Virus record (IMG/VR): IMGVR_UViG_2778261514_000009
Strand: one strand, 5' to 3'
DNA: 11,484 nt
Origin: a virus
Lineage: Duplodnaviria; Heunggongvirae; Uroviricota; Caudoviricetes
In this document: piece after piece, positions 1 through 7,439 of the stretch
Layout: every line of letters begins with the position of its first letter
How positions within the stretch are numbered: position 1 is the stretch's first letter
Notes under the pieces: model-generated
Databases searched by the model: none
What the model saw: the letters and a program-made list of their open reading frames with translations, nothing else
What the model was told of the DNA's origin: nothing
Program-made: the position numbers and the translations under genes

Positions 1-1218
1 ATGAACAAACTGAGCGATACCTTGCTAAGGAAACTTCATGGTAAGCCAGCGGAGAAAAACACGTTTTATAGTGATGGCGGAAACCTGAGCGTGAAATATT
101 TAACATCAGGGAAATTGACCTGGTATTTCACATACAGGGCCGGAACGGGAAGGGAGACACGACCCGAACGCATTAAGCTGGGAAGTTATCCTGATCTGAG
201 CCTGAAAGCAGCCAGGGAAAAAGCCGCACAGTGTCGCACATGGCTGGCTGAGGGGAAAAATCCACGTCATGAGATGAATTACACCGTACAGGAAGCGTTA
301 AAGCCCGTAACGGTTGGCGATGCGCTCACCTACTGGCTTGAGTATTACGTAAAGGAAAACCGCGTGGATTATATCGCCCTGAAAAGGCGACTTAATAATC
401 ACGTAATACAGCAGATTGGTGCTATGCCGCTGGATAAATGCGAGCTACGGCACTGGCTGGCCTGTTTTGACCAGGTGGCAAAGCGAACGCCTGTTACTGC
501 CGGATTCGTGCTACAGGCGTGCAAACAGGCGCTTAAGTTCTGCCGTAGGCGGCGCTATGCAATCAGCAACGTTCTGGACGATCTGAACGTGGCGGACGTT
601 GGGAAAAAACCGGATATAAGCGAACGTGTCTTAAGTAACAAAGAACTTGGCGAATTATTGCAGGCACTGGACAAAAAAATATTCTCCCCTTACTACGTCG
701 CGTTAATCCGCCTCCTGATTGTCTTCGGAGCCAGAACGGTAGAACTGAGGTTATCGGAGATCGGGGAGTGGGATTTTACGGAAATGCTATGGACCGTTCC
801 GAAGGAGCACAGCAAAACGAAGGTCGCAATATTCCGGCCCATACCGGAAGCGATCCTGCCGTTCGTCACGCAGCTGGTGGAGCAGAACAGGCACACGGGC
901 TTATTGCTGGGGGAAGTGAAACAGGAGGCCAGCGTATCGCAGTATGGAAGATTAGCGCACAGGAGGCTTAATCATCCTCACTGGTCACTACATGACATCC
1001 GGCGCACCTTTACAACGATGCTGAACGATTTAGGCGTGGATCCTCACGTCGTGGAGCAGCTTACAGGCCACCAGATGCCAGGAATGCAGCGAGTTTATAA
1101 TCATTCCCGTTATCTGGATGCTAAACGCAATGCGCTGGATATGTGGACGGAGCGGTTAGGGATACTGGCGGGAACACATGAAAACGTAACCACGCTACCA
1201 GTAGCCAGAAGAAAATAA
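1..1218 (+). CDS. int: Tyrosine recombinase, P4-type phage integrase (405 aa; ORF begins at window position 1)
   Basis: N-terminal arm-binding-like region (YSDGGNLSVKY...WYFTYR) and C-terminal catalytic region (HDIRRTF...LTGHQ...VYNHSRYLD) typical of P4-family integrases; followed by an AlpA gene as in P4-like and PICI elements. Confidence 0.9.
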   Translation: MNKLSDTLLRKLHGKPAEKNTFYSDGGNLSVKYLTSGKLTWYFTYRAGTGRETRPERIKLGSYPDLSLKAAREKAAQCRTWLAEGKNPRHEMNYTVQEALKPVTVGDALTYWLEYYVKENRVDYIALKRRLNNHVIQQIGAMPLDKCELRHWLACFDQVAKRTPVTAGFVLQACKQALKFCRRRRYAISNVLDDLNVADVGKKPDISERVLSNKELGELLQALDKKIFSPYYVALIRLLIVFGARTVELRLSEIGEWDFTEMLWTVPKEHSKTKVAIFRPIPEAILPFVTQLVEQNRHTGLLLGEVKQEASVSQYGRLAHRRLNHPHWSLHDIRRTFTTMLNDLGVDPHVVEQLTGHQMPGMQRVYNHSRYLDAKRNALDMWTERLGILAGTHENVTTLPVARRK

Positions 1219-1270
1219 TTTTTTTCGTGTTTTTTCAGTATGCACATACTGGATATGCGAACAGATACAA

Positions 1271-1320
1271 CGTGCAACAATGAGCAACAATGTGGAACAA
1301 CCACGAACAAGAGGCGAAAA
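1271..1320. repeat. Five tandem 10-bp repeats (consensus nnnGCAACAA) in the int-alpA intergenic region
   Basis: Read directly: cgtGCAACAA / tgaGCAACAA / tgtGGAACAA / ccacGAACAA / gagGCGAAAA at exact 10-bp phasing in an AT-rich spacer. Confidence 0.5.
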
Positions 1321-1582
1321 AGTGTACGGATTTATAAGTAGCTGATTTTTAATGCGTTACTGGTTTTTTATACACTAGCGAATCACTCTTTAAAGAGCGA
1401 GAAAAAAGGCATGAAACAATATTTTATGCCTTTGTATTAACATGAATTTAAAAGATTTTATTCTTACTGTTTCATTTTCTGTAAATCATACATCCTCAGT
1501 ATTTGCCATTCATCACTCTAGCGGGAACAATACGACACAATAAGACACCTGATGACTCTTTAAGAAACGAAAGGGGGCAATA

Positions 1583-1771
1583 GTGTTAAGCACTGATCGG
1601 TTTATACGTGAAAAAGAATGCGAAAAACTAACCGGCCTTAGCCGTACGTGTCGCTACCGCCTGGAAAAGGCCGGACAATTCCCATCACGTCGTAAACTTG
1701 GCGGTCGTTCCGTTGGCTGGTCTTTATCCGAGGTTCTGGCCTGGAAGGATAGCTGCAAGGCAGTTCATTAA
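1583..1771 (+). CDS. alpA: AlpA-family transcriptional regulator / excisionase-like HTH protein (62 aa, GTG start)
   Basis: Pattern TGLSRTCRYRLEKAGQFP...LGGRSVGWSLSEVLAW matches the AlpA (Phage_AlpA) family; SD AAGGGGG lies 6 nt upstream of GTG at 1583. Confidence 0.85.
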   Translation: MLSTDRFIREKECEKLTGLSRTCRYRLEKAGQFPSRRKLGGRSVGWSLSEVLAWKDSCKAVH

Positions 1772-2040
1772 TCACGCTGGCGGCACGCAGCCGCCACACA
1801 TCAATCATCTGAACACAGAGCTATAACCATGAAGATTGAATATACGCCAGAACGTAGGCGGGGATTCGTTCGCCCTGGTGAAACTGAAAAACAACAAAAT
1901 TGGGGTTTTTCAGGCATAACAAAAAGCGCCCAGTTACCTGAGCGCCTTTGTGAACGATTAACCTGCTGCGAAAAAATTGGATCAGTGCAGGGGAATTATA
2001 TCAACTGTGTGAAGAAGCGCCACTATTGCCGGATAACAGG

Positions 2041-2069
2041 CAAAGAAAAGGCCACCAGTCACGGTGGCC
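2041..2069 (-). terminator. Rho-independent terminator for the minus-strand two-gene unit
   Basis: On the minus strand: GGCCACC-gtgact-GGTGGCC followed by TTTTCTTTG, about 80 bp past the stop at 2149. Confidence 0.45.
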
Positions 2070-2148
2070 CTGCGACACAAATTTCGCGTTATCCCCAACG
2101 CATGAGCATCGCCAACAATGCCACATTTGCGGCTGGTGGGCAATGCTA

Positions 2149-2322
2149 TCAGTCTGGTTCAGTTCGTTGCCATACCTGCAATGAGCGCTTTTCCCTGTAC
2201 TCTTTAAGGAATTGCTCAAGGGCAAAAGCACATGGCGCGAATCTTTCTGATTCATGCTCTATCTTTCTGCGCCGTCTTTTCCGTGCCGGTGATAATGTTT
2301 TGGTCAATTCTTTATCGGTCAT
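2149..2322 (-). CDS. Small highly basic hypothetical protein (57 aa from ATG at 2322; alternative start 2337)
   Basis: ORF track 2149..2337(-); internal ATG has AGGA 8 nt upstream; contains RKRRRRK basic tract; lies 57 bp downstream of the RHH gene and upstream of the terminator. Confidence 0.35.
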   Translation of the reverse strand: MTDKELTKTLSPARKRRRRKIEHESERFAPCAFALEQFLKEYREKRSLQVWQRTEPD

Positions 2323-2379
2323 TGTGTTGTCCTGCATAGCAATGCGCCGTAATACCTCACACCACGGCGCTGATAGTGA

Positions 2380-2559
2380 TTATTCTGATTCTTTGGCCTT
2401 GCGGCGCTGGCGGCGTTTGATCTCGCCTTCAAGTGCCGAAACGATAAATTGCCCTGTACTTTCGCCATCTTCCTTTAAATTTTCTACAGCATCAGCTATT
2501 GCGTGTGGTACTCGAGCCTCAAGCTTTTTGGATTTTGCATTAACTGCTTTTGTTGCCAT
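2380..2559 (-). CDS. Ribbon-helix-helix (CopG/Arc-like) DNA-binding protein, 59 aa
   Basis: Internal ATG of track ORF 2380..2700(-) with SD GAGGAAA 6 nt upstream; sequence KKLEARVPHAIADAVENLKEDGESTGQFIVSALEGEIKRR fits the strand-helix-helix pattern; faces a divergent promoter/operator region. Confidence 0.5.
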   Translation of the reverse strand: MATKAVNAKSKKLEARVPHAIADAVENLKEDGESTGQFIVSALEGEIKRRQRRKAKESE

Positions 2560-2580
2560 ATCTGATTTCCTCGTTATTAG

Positions 2581-2662
2581 GTGGCTGACAGTATACACAC
2601 AAGAAAACGGAAAAACACTATTGACGTGGCTGACACCCGTTACTAATATAGTGGCTGACACC
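2581..2662. promoter_or_regulatory. Divergent promoter/operator region: sigma70-like TTGACG-17-TAATAT (2621-2649, + direction) overlapped by three direct repeats of GTGGCTGACA
   Basis: Repeats at 2581-2590, 2626-2635 and 2651-2660; the second overlaps the -35/spacer and the third sits at the predicted start site; located between the minus-strand RHH gene and the plus-strand operon. Confidence 0.45.
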
Positions 2663-2753
2663 TTTGTCAAGGTAATCGATGAAAAGACAAAGCCCCGCAA
2701 GTGTCGTTACCACTCGCAGGGCTTCTAACCAACAACGTAAACTAGGAGCCGTT

Positions 2754-2954
2754 ATGGTTGCTGTAAATCATATACCACACCTTGTACACACACAAACGGC
2801 CTTTGTGTGGCGTTTTCTGGCACTGAGTGCCGGAGAATCTCAAATCATCCACGTAACCGCCTGGACGGAACGCGAAGCGCGTAGCCGTTGCCCGTCCGGT
2901 TGTGTTGCTGTATTCGCCGCCCGTATTCGTCAGGAGGTGTGCCATGTGCAATAA
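2754..2954 (+). CDS. Hypothetical small protein (66 aa), first gene of the replication-module operon; possibly Icd-like
   Basis: Internal ATG of track ORF 2679..2954 with SD AGGAG 6 nt upstream; the Icd-like resemblance is from memory only and unverified. Confidence 0.45.
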   Translation: MVAVNHIPHLVHTQTAFVWRFLALSAGESQIIHVTAWTEREARSRCPSGCVAVFAARIRQEVCHVQ

Positions 2955-3183
2955 AACCACACCGGACGCAGCCGCCGCCGCGCTCACTACGCTAATGCAT
3001 GCGCTGATTGATATTTCTGTTATTGCTGACAGGGCGCATAAGCACGCCACCAATGAAACAGAATATGCCGGGGCTTTCGTTCCTCATTCGCTGGCGGTTA
3101 TGCAACTTAGTGCTGATATGGCGCTGAATGAGGCTAAAGCCATCCTGATTGCTGATTGTGAAAATGGGGGTGGTTATGCGTGA
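2944..3183 (+). CDS. Hypothetical small protein (79 aa)
   Basis: ATG at 2944 with SD AGGAGG 7 nt upstream; start overlaps the previous stop (translational coupling). Confidence 0.45.
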   Translation: MCNKTTPDAAAAALTTLMHALIDISVIADRAHKHATNETEYAGAFVPHSLAVMQLSADMALNEAKAILIADCENGGGYA

Positions 3184-3409
3184 TGATCGTTTTAATTCCC
3201 TGAAACAGGAATTTTCCGGCGTTCCTGATGATGCGGCTGATGCGCTTTCGTCAATGCCAGAGCTTATTAGAGCGGCTTTTTTCTTACTTTCCACGAGAGA
3301 ATATAAATCAACGGGGCTTGATGTACTGAATATCGCCGCCGATTATGCGGAATATGTGGCAGAGGCGCATTACAGAAGAAAATTTCCTGAGGATGTAAGC
3401 CATGCGTGA
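3176..3409 (+). CDS. Hypothetical small protein (77 aa)
   Basis: ATG at 3176 preceded by GGGGGTGG; overlaps the upstream stop at 3181-3183; the track's TTG start at 3149 is less likely. Confidence 0.45.
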   Translation: MRDDRFNSLKQEFSGVPDDAADALSSMPELIRAAFFLLSTREYKSTGLDVLNIAADYAEYVAEAHYRRKFPEDVSHA

Positions 3410-3635
3410 TATTTACCACGAAACAATAGACCGCGCATTTCTTGCACTTTCTCACAGTGAAAACATGCTGGAAATATTGCGCATATGGCTTGAAACACTT
3501 GGCGACAATGAACGCGACAAACAAAAATCAAGAATTGCCACGGCATTAATAACGCTTCTTGAGCCTGTAATAATGGAACTGCAAGAAATAGATCTATTGC
3601 ACGACAGATATAAAGAACAGCACACCGGAGAATAA
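3402..3635 (+). CDS. Hypothetical small protein (77 aa)
   Basis: ATG at 3402 with GAGGA upstream; overlaps the previous gene's 3' end by 8 nt. Confidence 0.5.
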   Translation: MRDIYHETIDRAFLALSHSENMLEILRIWLETLGDNERDKQKSRIATALITLLEPVIMELQEIDLLHDRYKEQHTGE

Positions 3636-3640
3636 AAATA

Positions 3641-3940
3641 ATGAAACTTAAATATTCTGGCTTAACTGCCAGTGGCAACACTCACCCTAAATTTACGCGC
3701 GGTGATATTTACCGCGACCAGTACGGCGGCACGGTAATGATTAAGGGCGTGGAAGAACGGCGCGTAACCTACCGCCGTGAAGGCTACGAATATGACTGCG
3801 TGATGCCTGTTTATCAGTTCCGGCGTGATTTTTCTCTGGTACAGGCAGCGCCCCGCAGTAAACCAACCAGCAGGGAGAAAGCACGCGCCAATATTCAGGA
3901 AATAAAAAAGATACTTAACGTATTCAGGGGTAAAAAATGA
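3641..3940 (+). CDS. Hypothetical protein (99 aa) immediately upstream of and overlapping the primase gene
   Basis: ATG at 3641 with GGAG upstream; its stop overlaps the primase start (ATGA at 3937-3940). Confidence 0.5.
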   Translation: MKLKYSGLTASGNTHPKFTRGDIYRDQYGGTVMIKGVEERRVTYRREGYEYDCVMPVYQFRRDFSLVQAAPRSKPTSREKARANIQEIKKILNVFRGKK

Positions 3941-5691
3941 AACTGGCACCGAACGTAAAACAGCAGTCACGCGGCATAAAACACAAAGAAACAGAAGTCA
4001 TTATTTTTGCGGGTAGTGATGCCTGGTCACACGCGAAACAATGGCAGGAACATGATGCGCGTATGGCCGGAGATAATGAGCCTCCTGTGTGGCTTGGGGA
4101 GCAGCAGCTATCCGAACTGGATAATCTGCAAATTGTGCCGGAAGGCCGAAAATCAGCACGCATATACAGGGCCGGATATCTTGCGCCAGTAATGATAAAG
4201 GCGATTGGCCAGAAGCTGGCGGCGGCAGGCGTACAGGATGCAAATTTTTACCCTGATGGTATGCACGGTCAGAAGGTGGAGAACTGGCGCGAATATCTGG
4301 CCCGTGAGCGCCAGAATCTTTCTGATGGTCTGGTCATTGAGCTTCCGGTAAAGCAAAAGGCGCAACTTTCGCAGATGGCGGACAGTGAGCGCGCGCAGCT
4401 GCTTGCCGATCGCTTTGATGGCGTTTGCGTACATCCTGAAAGTGAAATCGTTCACGTATGGCGCGGCGGGGTATGGTGTCCGGTCAGCACAATGGAACTT
4501 AGCCGCGAAATGGTGGCGATCTATTCAGAGCACAGGGCCACTTTCAGCAAGCGCGTAATCAATAACGCCGTGGAAGCGTTAAAAGTTATTGCCGAACCAA
4601 TGGGCGAGCCGTCCGGCGATTTGCTGCCGTTCGCCAATGGTGCGCTTGACCTGAAAACGGGGGAATTTTCCCCGCACACGCCGGAGAACTGGATCACCAC
4701 GCACAACGGCATTGAGTACACGCCACCAGCACCAGGGGAGAACATCCGCGATAACGCGCCAAACTTTCATAAATGGCTTGAGCACGCAGCCGGAAAAGAC
4801 CCGCGCAAGATGATGCGTATATGTGCCGCGCTGTACATGATTATGGCGAACCGGTACGACTGGCAGATGTTTATTGAGGCCACCGGAGATGGCGGGAGCG
4901 GTAAAAGTACATTCACGCACATAGCCAGCCTTCTGGCAGGGAAACAGAACACGGTAAGCGCTGAAATGACGTCGCTTGATGATGCTGGTGGACGTGCGCA
5001 GGTTGTCGGGAGTCGTCTTATCGTCCTGGCTGACCAGCCGAAATATACAGGCGAAGGAACGGGCATCAAGAAAATCACGGGCGGTGACCCCGTGGAAATT
5101 AACCCGAAATACGAAAAGCGTTTCACGGCTGTAATCAGGGCGGTGGTGCTGGCGACCAACAATAACCCGATGATATTCACCGAACGGGCCGGAGGTGTGG
5201 CACGTCGTCGCGTGATTTTCCGTTTCGACAATATCGTCAGTGAGGCCGACAAAGACAGGGAGCTACCGGAAAAGATCGCGGCTGAAATCCCTGTCATTAT
5301 CCGCCGATTGCTGGCGAACTTTACCGACCCTGAGAAGGCACGGGCTTTACTACTGGAACAGCGTGACGGTGATGAAGCTCTGGCAATAAAGCAACAGACG
5401 GATCCGGTTATTGAGTTTTGCCAGTTCCTGAATTTTCTGGAGGAAGCACGCGGCCTGATGATGGGCGGCGGTGGCGATTCAGTGAAGTACACGACCAGAA
5501 ACAGCCTTTACCGCGTCTATCTGGCGTTTATGGCGTACGCAGGCAGGAGCAAACCGCTAAACGTAAATGACTTTGGCAAGGCTATGAAGCCAGCCGCGAA
5601 AGTTTACGGACATGAATATATTACGCGGAAAGTTAAGGGAGTAACGCAGACTAACGCAATAACAACAGACGAGTGCGACGCGTTTTTATAA
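3937..5691 (+). CDS. pri: Replication initiation primase/helicase (D5_N plus SF3-type P-loop NTPase; P4-family primase C-terminal region), 584 aa
   Basis: Walker A GDGGSGKST, the downstream hydrophobic strand with acidic residue (LIVLADQP) and the characteristic ...VEINPKYEKRFTAVIRAVVLATNNNP...RRRVIFRF block; followed directly by an iteron region, as in PICI pri-rep/ori modules. Confidence 0.88.
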   Translation: MKLAPNVKQQSRGIKHKETEVIIFAGSDAWSHAKQWQEHDARMAGDNEPPVWLGEQQLSELDNLQIVPEGRKSARIYRAGYLAPVMIKAIGQKLAAAGVQDANFYPDGMHGQKVENWREYLARERQNLSDGLVIELPVKQKAQLSQMADSERAQLLADRFDGVCVHPESEIVHVWRGGVWCPVSTMELSREMVAIYSEHRATFSKRVINNAVEALKVIAEPMGEPSGDLLPFANGALDLKTGEFSPHTPENWITTHNGIEYTPPAPGENIRDNAPNFHKWLEHAAGKDPRKMMRICAALYMIMANRYDWQMFIEATGDGGSGKSTFTHIASLLAGKQNTVSAEMTSLDDAGGRAQVVGSRLIVLADQPKYTGEGTGIKKITGGDPVEINPKYEKRFTAVIRAVVLATNNNPMIFTERAGGVARRRVIFRFDNIVSEADKDRELPEKIAAEIPVIIRRLLANFTDPEKARALLLEQRDGDEALAIKQQTDPVIEFCQFLNFLEEARGLMMGGGGDSVKYTTRNSLYRVYLAFMAYAGRSKPLNVNDFGKAMKPAAKVYGHEYITRKVKGVTQTNAITTDECDAFL

Positions 5692-5699
5692 TTTTTTGT

Positions 5700-5935
5700 A
5701 ATTGCTGTCTACCCTGTCTACCTGAGTAAAGAAAAATACATTTAATTCAGTGCATTAAGTTAGGTAGATAGCCTTTTTTTACTGTCTACCCACTATCTAC
5801 CCTCTCTACCTGATTTTACCTGAATCAGACAGGGAGGTAGACACGGGGTAGATAGTGGATAAAAGCACTCTACCCCGCTGAAAGCCGTGCCATTACTGGC
5901 ATGAGGGCCACTAAGGTAGATAAGGTAGACAAGGG
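5700..5935. repeat. Putative replication origin: about 11 iterons of GGTAGA(C/T)A in two inverted clusters around an AT-rich spacer
   Basis: Reverse-orientation copies (..GTCTACC..) at 5707, 5716, 5784, 5796, 5804, 5869; forward copies GGTAGATA/GGTAGACA at 5763, 5836, 5847, 5915, 5924; AT-rich stretch 5724-5760; sits immediately 3' of the primase gene. Confidence 0.6.
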
Positions 5936-5979
5936 GAGGCACAACTCAAAACTTTTTAAACGAGGGGGTAAAAATAAAT

Positions 5980-6258
5980 ATGCACACTTCAGGGAAATTT
6001 AATAAATCACTCAAAAAACGCAGAGACAGAACAGAACCGAAATATCGCGCGTTAGACATGACAGAGCACGCTTTAAAGGTGGCAATCAGAACGATAGACC
6101 GCCACGCGGGGGAAGGATACGCGAAAGCACATCCCGACCTGATAAGCGCATTCATGACCACGACGGCGGCAAATTTTGCCACGCTGACAGAGCGGGAGAT
6201 TGCCGAAGCGGAACAGGTAACAACAATCAACGTTAAAACCGGAGAGGTGGAATCATGA
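5980..6258 (+). CDS. Hypothetical protein (92 aa)
   Basis: ATG at 5980 with GAGGGGG upstream; stop overlaps the SSB start (ATGA at 6255); no family recognised. Confidence 0.45.
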   Translation: MHTSGKFNKSLKKRRDRTEPKYRALDMTEHALKVAIRTIDRHAGEGYAKAHPDLISAFMTTTAANFATLTEREIAEAEQVTTINVKTGEVES

Positions 6259-6665
6259 CAGCACAGATAGCCGCTTACGGGCGGCTGGTGGACGACCCGC
6301 AGGTAAAACAGACCAGCAAGGGCACACCGATGACGCTGGCGCGTATGGCGGTCCCCCTTCCGTGCAGCCAGGCAGATGACGGAACGGCGACGATGTGGTT
6401 ATCCGTCCTGGCATTTGGCAGACAGGCCGAAGCACTGGAAAGGCACCGCAAGGGTGAACTCCTGAGCGTGGCGGGTAACATGCAGATCAGCCAGTGGACT
6501 GGGCAGAACGGAGAAACGCGGCAGGGTTATCAGGTTATTGCAGACAGCGTAATCAGTGCCCGTGCGGCACGTCCTGGCGGGAACAGACGCAAAACCACAG
6601 GCACACAGGGTAATCAGCCACCAGCGGGAGGCGATGACCCTTACGGTGATGATATTCCGTTCTGA
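6255..6665 (+). CDS. ssb: Single-stranded DNA-binding protein (SSB homologue, 136 aa)
   Basis: OB-fold-like N-terminus, Gly/Pro/Gln-rich linker and C-terminal tail ...DDPYGDDIPF matching the conserved SSB acidic tip (E. coli SSB ends ...DFDDDIPF); SD GGAGAGGTGG. Confidence 0.85.
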   Translation: MTAQIAAYGRLVDDPQVKQTSKGTPMTLARMAVPLPCSQADDGTATMWLSVLAFGRQAEALERHRKGELLSVAGNMQISQWTGQNGETRQGYQVIADSVISARAARPGGNRRKTTGTQGNQPPAGGDDPYGDDIPF

Positions 6666-6675
6666 GGGGGTGAGG

Positions 6676-6948
6676 ATGGTACATGACCGCATAGCGGAGG
6701 AACTCGAGGCAAAAGGCTTTTACCGGAGGGCGGCGGCACGATGGGGTGAAGTCATGCAACTGGTGGAGACAGACAAGGAACGGCATCACATCACGATGCG
6801 ACGGCTGGAATGTTCAAGGAAGGCACAGAGGGCACCGGAGCCGCCGGATAATTTCGGAGACCTGAAAAAGGCAGTCGATCGCACTTATGCCGAAATGGGT
6901 ATAGATGGTGCTGGTGATGAAATATGGCGCAATTACCAGGACAGCTAA
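6676..6948 (+). CDS. PerC-family transcriptional activator-like protein (90 aa)
   Basis: N-terminal block MVHDRIAEELEAKGFYRRAAARWGEVM resembles the PerC/Pch family signature as I recall it; SD GAGGGGG 5 nt upstream of ATG 6676; the track's longer 6556 start overlaps ssb out of frame. Confidence 0.55.
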   Translation: MVHDRIAEELEAKGFYRRAAARWGEVMQLVETDKERHHITMRRLECSRKAQRAPEPPDNFGDLKKAVDRTYAEMGIDGAGDEIWRNYQDS

Positions 6949-6954
6949 TCAAAC

Positions 6955-6978
6955 AGCCGGAGAAATACGGCTTTTTTT
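6955..6978 (+). terminator. Rho-independent terminator after the PerC-like gene
   Basis: AGCCG-gagaaata-CGGCT followed by a T7 run, 7 nt after the stop codon. Confidence 0.5.
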
Positions 6979-7074
6979 GCACCAGTTGAAACGGTATGGC
7001 GCATTACCGGGTTTTCGTCACGGTCAGGCATAGTTACTATCTGAAACAAACAGACACAACAGAGGAAAAAAACA

Positions 7075-7299
7075 ATGCCGATGAAATTTGATGAGATATT
7101 AAAACAGCGTGATAAATACCATGCTGACAACATGGAGACGATGAGCATCAATGATTACCGCGCATTCCTGGAGACGGGCGCACTGATTGAAAAGGATCAG
7201 CATGGTTTTGTGAGATGTGCTCTATCCGGTGAAATGCTGGCGGTAAATCCTGAACAGATAGATGCATTGATAGAATTTCTGAAAGAGATCAGAGACTGA
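7075..7299 (+). CDS. Hypothetical protein (74 aa)
   Basis: Strong SD (GAGGAAAAAAACA-ATG); flanked by terminators on both sides, so it looks like a monocistronic unit; no family recognised. Confidence 0.5.
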   Translation: MPMKFDEILKQRDKYHADNMETMSINDYRAFLETGALIEKDQHGFVRCALSGEMLAVNPEQIDALIEFLKEIRD

Positions 7300-7318
7300 G
7301 CCAGCACACAGCACACAT

Positions 7319-7389
7319 AGCCGGAGCAATCCGGCTTTTTTGCGCCCAAAAAAAGCCCGATAAGGTCAGAGGGTTCTTATCGGGCTTTT
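7319..7389 (+). terminator. Tandem terminators: AGCCGGA-gcaa-TCCGGCT plus T-run, then a 12-bp-stem hairpin flanked by A-run and T-run (bidirectional)
   Basis: Read directly at 7319-7341 and 7347-7389. Confidence 0.6.
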
Positions 7390-7439
7390 GCATATGAGGT
7401 TTTTGGATGCACTGGCGTTCGTGATCGGGATAATCATTT

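Noticed and set aside
693-1310. Short ORFs on both strands within or overlapping the integrase gene (693..896-, 768..971+, 1110..1310-)
   Set aside because: Embedded in or antisense to the integrase CDS; no independent support.
1829-2728. Long 299-aa plus-strand ORF spanning the alpA-proximal spacer and the divergent promoter region
   Set aside because: No SD at its ATG; Cys/Arg/Ser-rich, low-complexity translation unlike a folded protein; it runs across the promoter/operator repeats and is antisense to two better-supported minus-strand genes with SD sequences and a terminator.
4767-5492. 241-aa minus-strand ORF inside the primase gene
   Set aside because: Fully antisense to a strongly supported primase/helicase CDS; Ser/Arg/Ala-rich translation typical of the antisense frame of a GC-balanced gene.
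5700-5935. Possibility that the short repeats are a CRISPR array
   Set aside because: Repeats are only 8 bp, occur in both orientations, and have irregular short spacing; there are no cas genes. An iteron origin fits better.
5946-6230. 94-aa minus-strand ORF overlapping the 92-aa plus-strand ORF
   Set aside because: Antisense to an ORF that is SD-preceded and translationally coupled to ssb; no SD of its own.
6556-6948. Extended 130-aa version of the PerC-like ORF
   Set aside because: The upstream 40 codons overlap the ssb 3' end in another frame; an in-frame ATG at 6676 with a strong SD gives a 90-aa product of typical PerC-family length.
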